Part shown: piece after piece, positions 1 to 9,696 of the stretch
Layout: each line of letters begins with the position of its first letter
Position numbering within the stretch: the first letter of the stretch is position 1
Source of the DNA: Candidatus Omnitrophota bacterium
GTDB taxonomy: Bacteria > Omnitrophota > Gorgyraeia > Zapsychrales > JAKLDJ01
DNA length: 64,000 bases
NCBI GenBank assembly: GCA_022703585.1
Contig: JAKLDJ010000001.1
Location: forward strand, 548,006-612,005
Direction of reading: 5' to 3'
Program-made: the position numbers and the translations under genes
Notes under the pieces: generated by a model
Seen by the model: the letters and a program-made list of their open reading frames with translations, nothing else
What the model was told of the DNA's origin: nothing
The model's database searches: none

Positions 1-3000
1 GGATAATGCCCTGGAACTTTTGACAGCTTCTGGCCGCGACTTGCCGCATGCCATGATGATGCTTATTCCCCAGGCCTGGGGCGTTAAATATCCTATTGGT
101 CCCGACCTTAAAGGGTTCTTTGAATATCATGCCGGAATGATGGAGCCATGGGACGGGCCGGCAGCGGTTGCGTTTACCGACGGAAAATCCGTGGGCGCGC
201 TCCTTGACCGTAATGGATTGCGTCCCGCGCGCTACACAATTACCGATGATGGTTTTATGGTATTGGCCTCGGAGACCGGCGTCCTTGATTTCCCGCCCGA
301 ACACGTCCTCGAAAAGGGGGCATTAAGGCCGGGAGAGATCATTGTCGTTGATTTTCAAAAGAAACGGGTCATCAAAAACGGGGAGATGAAAACGCTCTAC
401 GCCAGGCATCAGCCGTACCGGCGCTGGGTTGAGGAAAACAAGATTGAGCTGCACGGACTTTTTAATGATGTGGCCGCCGTTTCCCCCGACATCGAAAAAC
501 TATGTTTGCGCCAAAGGCTCTTCGGATATACCCGGGAGGATCTTGATATCGTTATTAAACCCATGGCGGCTAAAGGCAATGAGGCCGTGGGATCTATGGG
601 CTGTGATACGCCTTTAGCGGTTCTTTCGGAGAAGCCGCAGTTACTCTATTCTTATTTTAAACAACTGTTTGCCCAAATTACCAATCCGCCCATTGACCCT
701 ATTCGGGAAGAGCTGGTTATGTCGCTGATGACGTTTATGGGCAATGCGGGCAATATCCTTTCCGAAATACCCCAAAATAGTCGCCTGATAAAACTCTTGC
801 ATCCAATTCTTTCCAATGAAGATCTTGAGCGTTTGCAGTCGTTAAATGTCAAGGGCTTTTGGGCAACGACTTTACAGATGGGTTTTCCCGCCGGAGGCTC
901 TCCCAATGAGCTCGAAGAATCCTTAGGCCAGCTATGCCGGACGGCCGAGGCCTCTGTCGTGGACGGCTGTTCGCTGGTTATTTTAAGTGACCGCAATCTC
1001 CCCGAACACATGGTTCCCATACCGGCTTTGCTGGCGGTGTCGGCGGTTAACCGGTATCTCATCGAGCAGGGGGTCAGGACCAGTGTCGCGATTATCGTCG
1101 AGACCGGAGAGGCCCGTGAGGTGCAGCACATGGCCCTGCTTTTGGGTTACGGTGCGACGGCGATCAATCCGTATCTTGCCCTTGAAACGGTTGCCGATAT
1201 GGCTATCCGTAAAACGCTGGATGCCGAGATCGGCGTTGCCAAGGCCCTTGAAAATTATATTCACGCTTTATGCAAAGGTCTTCTGAAGGTCATGTCCAAA
1301 ATGGGAATTTCGACGCTGCGCAGTTACCGCGGAGCGCAGGTTTTTGAGGCCATCGGCATCAATTCTGATGTTATTGAAAAATATTTTACCGGGACAGCTT
1401 CGCGCATTGAAGGGATTGGTCTAGCCGAAATCGCCGCCGAGGCCGGCAGCCGCCATGCCATGGCGTACCGCGCATCCGCGAAGGCGCCGGAGGCACTACC
1501 GAACGGAGGCCGGTACAGATATCGAAAAGACGGTGAACGGCACTTGTGGACGCCGGACTCTATTGCCAAGCTCCAGTTTGCGACTAAGTCAAATAATTAT
1601 AATGTCTACAAAGAATATGCGAAACTGATTAATGACCAGGCAAAAGCTGCGTGTACTTTGCGGGGATTGTTTAAATTTAAGAAAACGACGCCGATCCCGG
1701 TCAGTGAGGTCGAACCCGCAGCCGAGATCGTCAAACGTTTTGTAACTTCGGCGATGTCTTTTGGTTCTATCGGACGCGAGGCGCACGAAACGCTCGCTAT
1801 CGCCATGAACCGTATTGGTGCCATGAGCAATAGCGGCGAAGGCGGCGAGGACCCGGAGCGTTACAAACTTTTACCTAACGGGGATAATCGATGTAGTGCT
1901 GTTAAACAAGTAGCGAGCGCCCGTTTCGGGGTCACGGCAGAATATTTGACCAGCTCCCGCGAGCTTCAGATAAAAATCGCGCAAGGGGCCAAGCCCGGCG
2001 AGGGCGGGCAGCTTCCGGGGCACAAGGTTAATGAAGAAATCGCGCGGGTGCGCCATTCGACACCCGGCGTGACTTTGATTTCTCCGCCGCCGCATCATGA
2101 TATTTATTCCATCGAAGATATCAAACAGCTTATTTTTGATTTAAAGAATGTTAACCCGCAGGCTCAGGTTTCGGTCAAGCTGGTTTCCGAAGTCGGAGTG
2201 GGGACTATCGCCGCGGGTGTTGCCAAGGCGCATGCTGACAAGGTTTTGATCAGTGGCTACGACGGCGGAACGGGTGCGTCTCCGATATCATCGATACAGC
2301 ACGCCGGTGTCCCCTGGGAATTGGGGGTTGCCGAGACACAACAAACGCTGGTCCTTAATAATCTTCGCAGGCGTATTCGCCTTCAGACCGACGGACAAAT
2401 AAAAACGGGACGCGACGTTATCATTGCCGCACTTTTAGGGGCGGAAGAATTTGGTTTTGCCACGACTCCCCTGGTGGTATGCGGTTGTATTATGATGAGA
2501 AAATGTCATTTAAATACCTGTCCTGTGGGCGTAGCGACGCAGGATGCGGAATTACGCAAGAGATTTTCCGGAAAACCCGAGCATGTCGTTAATTTCTTTT
2601 TTATGGTGGCCGAAGAGATCCGGGAATACATGGCGCAGCTTGGGTTTAAGCGCATGGAAGACATGATCGGCCGTAATGATCTTTTGGAAACCAACGAAGC
2701 GGTCGATTTCTGGAAATCCAGAGGTTTGGATTTTTCAAACATTTTATTTAATGCGCCCGTCGATAAAGATGCCGTGACCCGATGCATTGAATGCCAGGAA
2801 CACGGGATAGAAGATGTTTTGGATAAGAAGCTTATAGAACTTTCCCGAGAGGCACTGGAAAAGCAGGCGCCTGTGAAAATCGAATTGCCCATACGCAATA
2901 CCAACCTCACTACCGGGGCTATGTTGTCGGGTGAAGTTACCCGCCGTTATGGCTCAAAAGGTTTAGGTGAGGACACCATTGCCTGTCATTTTAAGGGTGC

Positions 3001-3643
3001 TGCGGGGCAGAGTTTTGGTGCCTTTGTGACCAACGGGATTACGCTGACCCTTGAAGGCGAGGCCAACGACTATTTAGGCAAGGGTTTGTGCGGCGGAAAG
3101 ATTATTGTTAAACCGCCGCAGGGTATCCGGTTTGAGCCCTCTGAAAATATTATCTGCGGTAACGTGCTTTTATACGGGGCGACATCCGGGGAGGCTTATA
3201 TTTACGGTTGTGTGGGGGAACGTTTCGCGATACGTAATAGTGGCGCCTATGCGGTCGTGGAGGGCGTTGGCGATCATGGATGCGAGTATATGACCGGCGG
3301 GCGTGTCGTTGTTTTGGGCAGCACGGGCGTTAATTTTGCCGCGGGGATGAGCGGAGGGATTGCCTATGTTTATGATCCCCGAAGCAGGCTCGACGGGCGA
3401 TGCAATCTCGATATGGTTGACCTTGAACTTCTCGTTGACCAAAGAGATATCAATGAGTGCAAGGGGATGATTATAAAACACCTTAGCTTTACCGGCAGTA
3501 AACGGGCGCGGCATATCCTGGATCATTGGGAAGAATGTTTGCCGGCGTTTGTGAAGGTATTTCCGATGGAATACCGGCGTGTCTTGGGAAAAATGATGAA
3601 AGAAGACGAAGCCACGCAGCGGCAGGAAGAAGAAAAGAAGTAG
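1..3643 (+). CDS. gltB: Glutamate synthase large subunit, 5'-truncated by the window edge; central, FMN-binding and C-terminal GXGXG domains are present
   Basis: Open frame runs from the window start to a stop at 3643. Recognisable GltB motifs include [13 protein letters not shown], the FMN domain ([28 protein letters not shown]) and C-terminal glycine-rich repeats ([14 protein letters not shown]). Confidence 0.9.
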   Translation, partial: DNALELLTASGRDLPHAMMMLIPQAWGVKYPIGPDLKGFFEYHAGMMEPWDGPAAVAFTDGKSVGALLDRNGLRPARYTITDDGFMVLASETGVLDFPPEHVLEKGALRPGEIIVVDFQKKRVIKNGEMKTLYARHQPYRRWVEENKIELHGLFNDVAAVSPDIEKLCLRQRLFGYTREDLDIVIKPMAAKGNEAVGSMGCDTPLAVLSEKPQLLYSYFKQLFAQITNPPIDPIREELVMSLMTFMGNAGNILSEIPQNSRLIKLLHPILSNEDLERLQSLNVKGFWATTLQMGFPAGGSPNELEESLGQLCRTAEASVVDGCSLVILSDRNLPEHMVPIPALLAVSAVNRYLIEQGVRTSVAIIVETGEAREVQHMALLLGYGATAINPYLALETVADMAIRKTLDAEIGVAKALENYIHALCKGLLKVMSKMGISTLRSYRGAQVFEAIGINSDVIEKYFTGTASRIEGIGLAEIAAEAGSRHAMAYRASAKAPEALPNGGRYRYRKDGERHLWTPDSIAKLQFATKSNNYNVYKEYAKLINDQAKAACTLRGLFKFKKTTPIPVSEVEPAAEIVKRFVTSAMSFGSIGREAHETLAIAMNRIGAMSNSGEGGEDPERYKLLPNGDNRCSAVKQVASARFGVTAEYLTSSRELQIKIAQGAKPGEGGQLPGHKVNEEIARVRHSTPGVTLISPPPHHDIYSIEDIKQLIFDLKNVNPQAQVSVKLVSEVGVGTIAAGVAKAHADKVLISGYDGGTGASPISSIQHAGVPWELGVAETQQTLVLNNLRRRIRLQTDGQIKTGRDVIIAALLGAEEFGFATTPLVVCGCIMMRKCHLNTCPVGVATQDAELRKRFSGKPEHVVNFFFMVAEEIREYMAQLGFKRMEDMIGRNDLLETNEAVDFWKSRGLDFSNILFNAPVDKDAVTRCIECQEHGIEDVLDKKLIELSREALEKQAPVKIELPIRNTNLTTGAMLSGEVTRRYGSKGLGEDTIACHFKGAAGQSFGAFVTNGITLTLEGEANDYLGKGLCGGKIIVKPPQGIRFEPSENIICGNVLLYGATSGEAYIYGCVGERFAIRNSGAYAVVEGVGDHGCEYMTGGRVVVLGSTGVNFAAGMSGGIAYVYDPRSRLDGRCNLDMVDLELLVDQRDINECKGMIIKHLSFTGSKRARHILDHWEECLPAFVKVFPMEYRRVLGKMMKEDEATQRQEEEKK

Positions 3644-3746
3644 AAAGGGATATTTAAAGATTGGCCCCGCGCTGGTGCGCCCCGCCTTTTCGGCGGGGCG
3701 CACCAAAACGCTGGGGCGATACCGGAAGAAAAAACGGAGACGCATC

Positions 3747-5174
3747 GTGGGTGATATTACCGGTTTTATGAAATACACGCGGCAGGATCTTACCAAAGAA
3801 CCTGTCCAGATCCGCAAAAAGCACTGGAAGGAATTTACCAAACTTCCCGTTGAGGCATCTTTATGCCAGCAGGGTGCCCGATGCATGGATTGCGGCGTGC
3901 CGTTTTGTCACTGGGGCTGCCCTATAGCTAATCTTATTCCCGACTGGAATGATCTGGTCTTTAAGGGCCGGTGGCAAGAAGCCTTTGAACGGCTTTATGA
4001 GACCAATAATTTTCCCGAATTTACCGGCCGCGTTTGTCCCGCGCCTTGCGAAGATTCCTGTGTCTTAGCTATTAATCAGCCGGCTGTTACCATAAAAAAC
4101 ATTGAACTTGCGATCGTTGAAAAGGCGTATGAAAAAGGCTGGGTGACTCCTCGTCCGCCTGCCCGGCGCACAGGAAGAAAAATAGCCGTTGTCGGCTCGG
4201 GCCCGTCGGGCTTGGCGTGTGCGGATCAGCTGAATAAGGCCGGTCACCTCGTGACCGTGTATGAAAAAAATGAAGAAATCGGCGGGATCTTGACTTTAGG
4301 CATTCCCGATTTTAAGCTGGAAAAGAAAATCGTCAAACGCCGCGTTAACCTCATGAGCCAAGAAGGCGTTATTTTTAAAACGAACGCCCATGTTGGTGTT
4401 AACGTTAGCGCCAAAAGATTAAAAGAAGAATATGACGCCCTGGTTCTTTGCGGTGGCGCAGAGAGCCCCCGGGATTTAAACGTTCCGGGAAGGGAATTGC
4501 AAGGTGTCTATCAGGCGATGTTTTACCTGATGCAGCAAAACCGTCGTAACCAGGGGAAAATTATTAGCGCAAAGGAAGAAGTAACGGCGAAGGGCAAAAG
4601 GGTCATTGTCTTAGGCGGAGGGGACACCGGTTCTGACTGTGTGGGCACCGCCAACCGCCAAGGGGCAAAATCCGTTAAACAATTTGAGCTTTTACCCGCG
4701 TTGCCTAAAGAGAGAAAAGAGGATAATCCCTGGCCGTATTGGGCATTTATAAAAAGAACGTCTTCTTCGCAAGAAGAAGGTGTCGAGCAGGATTATTGCG
4801 TTATGACCAAATCTTTAAGCGGCGAGAATGGAAAGCTTAAGAAACTTCATGCCGTGCGCCTTGAATTCGGCCCCCCGGATCCCAAGACCTGCCGGATGAG
4901 CATGAAAGAAATTCCGGGTTCGGAATTTGAGGTCGAATGTGACCTTGTGATTTTGGCGATGGGATTTTTAGGGCCGGTTAAAAACGGTTTGATCGGAGAA
5001 TTGAACGTTACCCTCGATGAACGCGGCAATGTTAAAACGGGTGAGGATAGAATGACCAATATCCCCGGCATTTTTTCCGCCGGTGATATGCGCCGCGGAC
5101 AATCGTTGGTCGTATGGGCTATTAACGAAGGCCGTCATGCTGCCAAATGTGTTCACGGGTGGCTTACAGCGTAA
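3747..5174 (+). CDS. gltD: Glutamate synthase small (NADPH) subunit; likely GTG start at 3747 after GGAGA
   Basis: N-terminus GDITGFMKYTRQD parallels Bacillus GltD MGKPTGFMEIKRE. Motifs CMDCGVPFCHWGCP (Fe-S) and GSGPSGLACADQL (FAD/NAD Rossmann) are present. An in-frame GTG sits 6 nt downstream of GGAGA; the ORF-track start at 3675 is probably too long. Confidence 0.85.
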   Translation: MGDITGFMKYTRQDLTKEPVQIRKKHWKEFTKLPVEASLCQQGARCMDCGVPFCHWGCPIANLIPDWNDLVFKGRWQEAFERLYETNNFPEFTGRVCPAPCEDSCVLAINQPAVTIKNIELAIVEKAYEKGWVTPRPPARRTGRKIAVVGSGPSGLACADQLNKAGHLVTVYEKNEEIGGILTLGIPDFKLEKKIVKRRVNLMSQEGVIFKTNAHVGVNVSAKRLKEEYDALVLCGGAESPRDLNVPGRELQGVYQAMFYLMQQNRRNQGKIISAKEEVTAKGKRVIVLGGGDTGSDCVGTANRQGAKSVKQFELLPALPKERKEDNPWPYWAFIKRTSSSQEEGVEQDYCVMTKSLSGENGKLKKLHAVRLEFGPPDPKTCRMSMKEIPGSEFEVECDLVILAMGFLGPVKNGLIGELNVTLDERGNVKTGEDRMTNIPGIFSAGDMRRGQSLVVWAINEGRHAAKCVHGWLTA

Positions 5175-5186
5175 TCGGAGAGAAAT

Positions 5187-7844
5187 ATGAAAAAGAAGGA
5201 TACTGTTTCTAAGGCGGCCTTAAAGTGTAATACCGGCCTGCCTGGGTTGGATAAAATTTTGCAGGGTGTACGTCTGGGTGATAATGTTGTTTTTCAAGTC
5301 GATACGATTGAAGACTATGTCCGTTTCTCCCGGCCTTTTTTCGAGGCGGCCCACAAAGAAAAGAAGGATCTTATCTACTTTCGTTTTGCCGATCACCCCA
5401 GCCTTCTCCCCGACGGAATCTCCGCACATACTTATGAATTGCACCCCGAGGCCGGCTTTGAGAATTTTATATCGGAAATCTTCGACGTTATCGAGAAATT
5501 CGGTAAAGGCGCTTTTTATGTCTTTGATTGCCTGTCGGATCTCGCGGTTGACTGGTACAGTGACCGCATGCTGGGAAACTTTTTTATGCTCACCTGCCCG
5601 TATCTCTATGATTACGACACGGTGGCCTATTTTGCCTTGTTGCGCAATTACCACACGGTTTTTGCTATCGATGCCATTCATAATACGGCGCAGGTTGTTT
5701 TGGATATTTATCGCAAGAAAGAAGATGTGTATGTCTATCCTTTAAAGGTCGATAAGCGCCATTCCAATACGATGTATATGCTGCACCGCTGGGAGAAAGA
5801 AGAATTTATTCCCGTGACCCGAAGCGCCGTTATTGCGGAAATCTTAGCCTCTATTCCGCAGCCGTGGCTGGATTTTGCCATGCAGCGGAGGGATGTGTGG
5901 ACGCGTAGTTTCATCCAGGCTCAGGAAGTCGTTAATGCCACCCGTTCTGATAAACGGGCGGTGTGGAAAGGGAGCAACCTTTTTCGCCGTTTGCTGCGTA
6001 TGGCGGTGACCCGGGATGAACGGCTGCTTGGTCTCGCCGAGAAATACCTGGATTTTGCCGATGTTGTCGAAATCGGAAAACGCATGATTGGTACCGGGCT
6101 GATCGGCGGAAAATCCGTGGGGATGCTTTTGGCCCGCGCTATTTTAAAAAAGGCCAATTCCGCCTGGAATGATAAGCTGGAGGCCCATGATTCTTTTTAT
6201 ATAGGCTCCGATGTTTTTTATACCTATCTTATCCAAAATAAATGTTGGTGGATGCGTCGCAAGCTTAATGCCAGCGCTCCGGCGTTCGATTCTGCCAAGG
6301 AAGCCCGGGAGCTTATGCTTAAAGGGACATTCCCTAAAGATGTTCAAGATCAATTTATGGAGATGCTCGATTATTTCGGGCAGTCGCCGATTATTGTCCG
6401 CTCGTCCAGCCTCCTGGAAGATGCCTACGGCAATGCTTTTTCCGGAAAATACGAAAGCGTGTTTTGTGCCAACCAAGGCACGCCGGAGGAACGGTTAAAG
6501 AGTTTCATCGACGCCGTCCGCACGGTTTATGCGAGTACCATGAGCGAAGAAGCCCTGGCGTACCGCGCCCATTGGAATTTAATGGATCGTGATGAGCAAA
6601 TGGCGCTTTTGGTACAGCGCGTTTCCGGCGCTGTATACAACGATCAATATTTTCCCCAGATCGCGGGAGTGGGTTTTTCCTTTAACCCGTATGCCTGGAA
6701 CAGCGAGATTGACCCCAAGGCGGGGTTGTTGCGGCTGGTATTTGGCTTGGGGACAAGAGCCGTCGAACGCATTGATGACGATTATACGCGCATCGTTGCC
6801 CTCAATGCCCCCATGCGCCGGCCCGAGGCAAGTTCGGGTGATGTGCGCAAATATGCCCAGCACAAAGTCGATGTTCTGGACTTAAAAGATAATTGCCATA
6901 CATCGCGTTCGTTCGAGCAGGTGGTGCGTAATATTTCTGATTTTCCTCTCGATATCTTTGCGTCGCGTGACGATGAGTTGGAGCGTAGCATCCGCGAGGC
7001 GGGGAGAGACGGGGTTTTTTCTATGGTGCTCACTTTTGATAAATTGCTTTCCCAAACGATGTTTGTTAAAGATATGGCGGACATGCTTAAAGCTCTTCAA
7101 GGGGCCTATGATTATCCGGTGGACGTGGAATTTTCGGCGAATTTTCTCGACAAGGACAATTACCGGATCAATCTGTTGCAATGCCGTCCTTTTCAGGTGA
7201 AGGGGAATATCTTAACCGTGGAGGCACCGGCGGCGATCCCTCGGGAGAAAGTTATTTTGGAGACCCGTGGGCCGGTCATCGGCAGCAGTATCGCTACAAC
7301 TATTGACCGGATCATCTATGTTGTCCCCGAAGTTTACGGGAAAATGAACACATCCGACCGTTATGCCGTTGCCCGCCTGGTGGGTTTGCTGACGCACCTA
7401 AAAATCGGCAATAAAAAACCGACTATTATGCTCATCGGTCCCGGACGCTGGGCAACCACTACGCCAGCCTTGGGCGTCCCGGTGTCGTTTGCCGAGATCA
7501 ATACGGTTTCGGTTCTTTGTGAAGTCGCGGCGATGCATGAAGGCCTGATCCCGGAGGTGTCCTTAGGAACTCATTTCTTTAATGACCTGGTCGAAATGGA
7601 CATGCTCTATTTTGCGGTCCATCCGCAGAAATATGACAACGTGCTTAACACAAACTTTTTTGATATGTCAAAAAATATGTTAGCGCAGCTTTTACCGGAC
7701 AAGGGGCGTTTAAACGATGCCGTCCGCGTTGTCGACTCTTCCCGCAGCAAAGACGCACAGCGGATTTGCCTTAATGCCGATGTGGTCAAGCAAAATGCGG
7801 TCTGCTATCTGGGTGAAGGGAAACCGTCACCGGGAAAAACCTAA
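5187..7844 (+). CDS. PEP/pyruvate-binding (PPDK_N, ATP-grasp) domain protein with unknown N- and C-terminal extensions; no phosphohistidine swivel domain is visible
   Basis: IGTGLIGGKSVGMLLAR and VRSSSLLEDAYGNAFSGKYES resemble the nucleotide-binding domain of PEP synthase/PPDK. No GGRTSHAAI-type motif is present. The ~300-aa N-terminal region is unassigned. Confidence 0.6.
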   Translation: MKKKDTVSKAALKCNTGLPGLDKILQGVRLGDNVVFQVDTIEDYVRFSRPFFEAAHKEKKDLIYFRFADHPSLLPDGISAHTYELHPEAGFENFISEIFDVIEKFGKGAFYVFDCLSDLAVDWYSDRMLGNFFMLTCPYLYDYDTVAYFALLRNYHTVFAIDAIHNTAQVVLDIYRKKEDVYVYPLKVDKRHSNTMYMLHRWEKEEFIPVTRSAVIAEILASIPQPWLDFAMQRRDVWTRSFIQAQEVVNATRSDKRAVWKGSNLFRRLLRMAVTRDERLLGLAEKYLDFADVVEIGKRMIGTGLIGGKSVGMLLARAILKKANSAWNDKLEAHDSFYIGSDVFYTYLIQNKCWWMRRKLNASAPAFDSAKEARELMLKGTFPKDVQDQFMEMLDYFGQSPIIVRSSSLLEDAYGNAFSGKYESVFCANQGTPEERLKSFIDAVRTVYASTMSEEALAYRAHWNLMDRDEQMALLVQRVSGAVYNDQYFPQIAGVGFSFNPYAWNSEIDPKAGLLRLVFGLGTRAVERIDDDYTRIVALNAPMRRPEASSGDVRKYAQHKVDVLDLKDNCHTSRSFEQVVRNISDFPLDIFASRDDELERSIREAGRDGVFSMVLTFDKLLSQTMFVKDMADMLKALQGAYDYPVDVEFSANFLDKDNYRINLLQCRPFQVKGNILTVEAPAAIPREKVILETRGPVIGSSIATTIDRIIYVVPEVYGKMNTSDRYAVARLVGLLTHLKIGNKKPTIMLIGPGRWATTTPALGVPVSFAEINTVSVLCEVAAMHEGLIPEVSLGTHFFNDLVEMDMLYFAVHPQKYDNVLNTNFFDMSKNMLAQLLPDKGRLNDAVRVVDSSRSKDAQRICLNADVVKQNAVCYLGEGKPSPGKT

Positions 7845-7874
7845 AGCGACATCTTTCTAAAAGAGTTTCCTCTC

Positions 7875-7903
7875 TTGATTATCTCTTTTTCTGGCAATAT
7901 AAT
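7875..7903 (+). promoter_or_regulatory. Sigma70-like promoter (TTGATT, 17-bp spacer, TATAAT) upstream of the holin-like gene
   Basis: TTGATT at 7875-7880 and TATAAT at 7898-7903 lie 33 bp upstream of the ATG at 7937. Confidence 0.4.
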
Positions 7904-7936
7904 ACCCCTGTTGCCCAACTCTAGGAAAGATATCCG

Positions 7937-8410
7937 ATGATCGATTTTCTTATACGGTGGGTTGTTAATACTTTTGCCTTGCTGATTGTCGTGAGACTTG
8001 TGCCGGGAATCCAAGCAGCCCAGTGGGAGACGGTGGCCGTGGCCGCGCTTGTACTGGGAATGCTTAATGCTTTTTTAAAGCCTCTTCTGATCCTTTTTAC
8101 TCTTCCTTTTAATGTCCTGTCTTTGGGGCTCCTGACATTTTTAATTAACGGGCTTCTTTTTTACTCGGTGTCCAAGATTGTGGAAGGATTCCACATCGTC
8201 GATTTCTGGACCGCCTTTTGGGGGTCGATACTGTTCAGCATCGTTAGTTTCATTCTGAGTTTATTTGTGGGAGCCCCGATGCAAAAAATGAACGTGCGCT
8301 TTTACAAAGATCGCCCTTTTCCGGATATGGACGATAGCGATGTGATCGATGTCGAAGGAAAATCTACCGACGATGAAGATGAAAACAAAAGAATTTCGGA
8401 CGACCGCTAA
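7937..8410 (+). CDS. Phage-holin-family-IV / DUF360-type small membrane protein with an acidic C-terminal tail
   Basis: Four hydrophobic helices match the DUF360 pattern (LLIVVRLVPGI, LVLGMLNAFLKPLLILFTLPFNVLSLGLLTFLING), followed by a D/E-rich tail. Confidence 0.6.
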   Translation: MIDFLIRWVVNTFALLIVVRLVPGIQAAQWETVAVAALVLGMLNAFLKPLLILFTLPFNVLSLGLLTFLINGLLFYSVSKIVEGFHIVDFWTAFWGSILFSIVSFILSLFVGAPMQKMNVRFYKDRPFPDMDDSDVIDVEGKSTDDEDENKRISDDR

Positions 8411-8819
8411 AAAGATCAGCGCCAAGAGTTTCCGGCGCTATGGTACCGTTATCGAATACCCGGGAAAGAATTCCAAAAGCAAAGAAATAAATCTTTTTCG
8501 CATCGTCTTAAAAGAGTCTAAGCCCACGGGTTGGCGCATTGCGTATTTAGTCGTCCGGGACCGGTCTATCAGGAAATTAGAACAGCATCCGGGATCTTTT
8601 GAGAGTTTCGAGCCGGTTAAGGGAAAAAGCCTTTTGTATGTTTCGAAACGTCTGGACAGAAAAATCGAATGTTTCTGTCTTGATAAACCGGTTATTTTAA
8701 AAAAGGGCATTTGGCACGGCGTGGTGACATTGGGCAAGGAATCCGAAATTAAGATTGCTGAAAATGCAGAAGTGCAGTGTATTTATCGGCTGTTGGATTT
8801 TAGCCTGGGGCGGGATTGA
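8376..8819 (+). CDS. Ureidoglycolate-lyase-like (AllA-type) cupin protein; the start is uncertain and the frame overlaps the 3' end of the preceding gene
   Basis: SAKSFRRYGTVIEYPG and LEQHPGSFESFEPVKGKS resemble the AllA N-terminal motif (EAFAPYGDVIE) and the cupin core (ERHPLGSQAFIPM). Confidence 0.45.
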   Translation, partial: KMKTKEFRTTAKKISAKSFRRYGTVIEYPGKNSKSKEINLFRIVLKESKPTGWRIAYLVVRDRSIRKLEQHPGSFESFEPVKGKSLLYVSKRLDRKIECFCLDKPVILKKGIWHGVVTLGKESEIKIAENAEVQCIYRLLDFSLGRD

Positions 8820-8892
8820 TTAATTAAAGCTTCCCGAATGCGTTCTCTGGAATAAATATATCTTAACCCTCTAATTTAGGAGGAATTAACCG

Positions 8893-9255
8893 ATGATGAT
8901 TAATAAAATACCCTACGTAAAGCTTTTAGAGGAAGCCAAGAATGTACCGATCCTGGAGCTGCGTGCCGATGATAATGAAGAGGTTGAGTTTGTTCTAAAG
9001 GTGGGCGAATTAGAGAAGCTCGGTACACTGCTGCAAAGTTTCTTTGGAGAACCGGTTAAGCCCAAAGGGCAGGCTCCCAGCAAAGAGGCTGAGGTTTTAA
9101 CTGAACCCTTTGGCGGGATACGGGATAACCAGACCCTCTACCATACTAAGTATAACGGCCGCTCTTGTTTTGCCATGATATGGCCGTGGGGTGACGGGAA
9201 GCTGGCTACGGTTAAGATCTTCCGGGAGAAAAATCCCCTTCTCGACGGAAAATAA
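8893..9255 (+). CDS. Hypothetical protein (120 aa) with no recognisable domain
   Basis: Strong RBS AGGAGGAATTAACCGATG, ordinary codon usage and no overlapping alternative frame. Confidence 0.45.
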   Translation: MMINKIPYVKLLEEAKNVPILELRADDNEEVEFVLKVGELEKLGTLLQSFFGEPVKPKGQAPSKEAEVLTEPFGGIRDNQTLYHTKYNGRSCFAMIWPWGDGKLATVKIFREKNPLLDGK

Positions 9256-9289
9256 GCTTATTTTCTACCGGGCAGGCGCTGTTTATTTC

Positions 9290-9317
9290 TTGACAAAAAA
9301 TCTTTTGATGGTATAGT
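9290..9317 (+). promoter_or_regulatory. Near-consensus sigma70 promoter (TTGACA, 16-bp spacer, extended -10 TGgTATAGT)
   Basis: TTGACA at 9290-9295, TG at 9309-9310 and TATAGT at 9312-9317 lie ~380 bp upstream of the carA ATG. Confidence 0.55.
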
Positions 9318-9361
9318 TAGTCTGTAAAAATAAGTAGCAGGTCAGTTTCAGTACAGCTTTC

Positions 9362-9675
9362 AATGCGGCGATGAAGCCCAAGAAATTCCATCGGCCGCAT
9401 TTTCTATTAGTCCCGGATTTTTCCTGCCTGCCTAAGGTAGGCTGAGAAAAATCCGCCCGTCAGGGACACATGGTAAAATCTCTGACGAGATTTTACCATG
9501 TGGGGCAACCCAAATTTTTAGGTTGCATAAAAAGCGCGGGCGAAAAATCCGGGATTACCTTGCGCAACCGAACAAATCCTGTGCGGATTTGTTCGCGCAA
9601 CCCCTGCGGGGCAAATTTTGCTGTCGCAAAATTTGGGTTAATGGGCAAATGTTCTCTCCTAAAGAGCCATTTGCC
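9362..9675 (+). promoter_or_regulatory. Highly structured leader or candidate small RNA between the promoter and carA
   Basis: It contains at least eight perfect hairpins. Examples are 9362-9401, 9414-9455, a 16-bp perfect stem with a TGAC loop at 9467-9502, an 11-bp stem at 9569-9595 flanked by GCGCAACC direct repeats, a 10-bp stem with a TGTC loop at 9612-9635, and 9644-9675 just before the RBS. The 10-mer GAAAAATCCG occurs three times. Confidence 0.4.
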
Positions 9676-9696
9676 TGCGGATGTTTGGTGTCGAAG

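Noticed and set aside
652-3886. Numerous 60-240-codon ORFs on the minus strand inside gltB (for example 652-1131, 2506-2910, 3170-3886)
   Set aside because: They lie antisense within a well-supported long gltB frame and have no RBS or recognisable domains. They are typical shadow ORFs of a ~50% GC gene.
9523-9696. Extended carA start at 9523 (ORF-track start)
   Set aside because: The extension would translate the hairpin-dense leader (MHKKRGRKIRDYLAQPNKSCADLFAQPL...). The conserved CarA N-terminus begins at [11 protein letters not shown] (ATG 9697).
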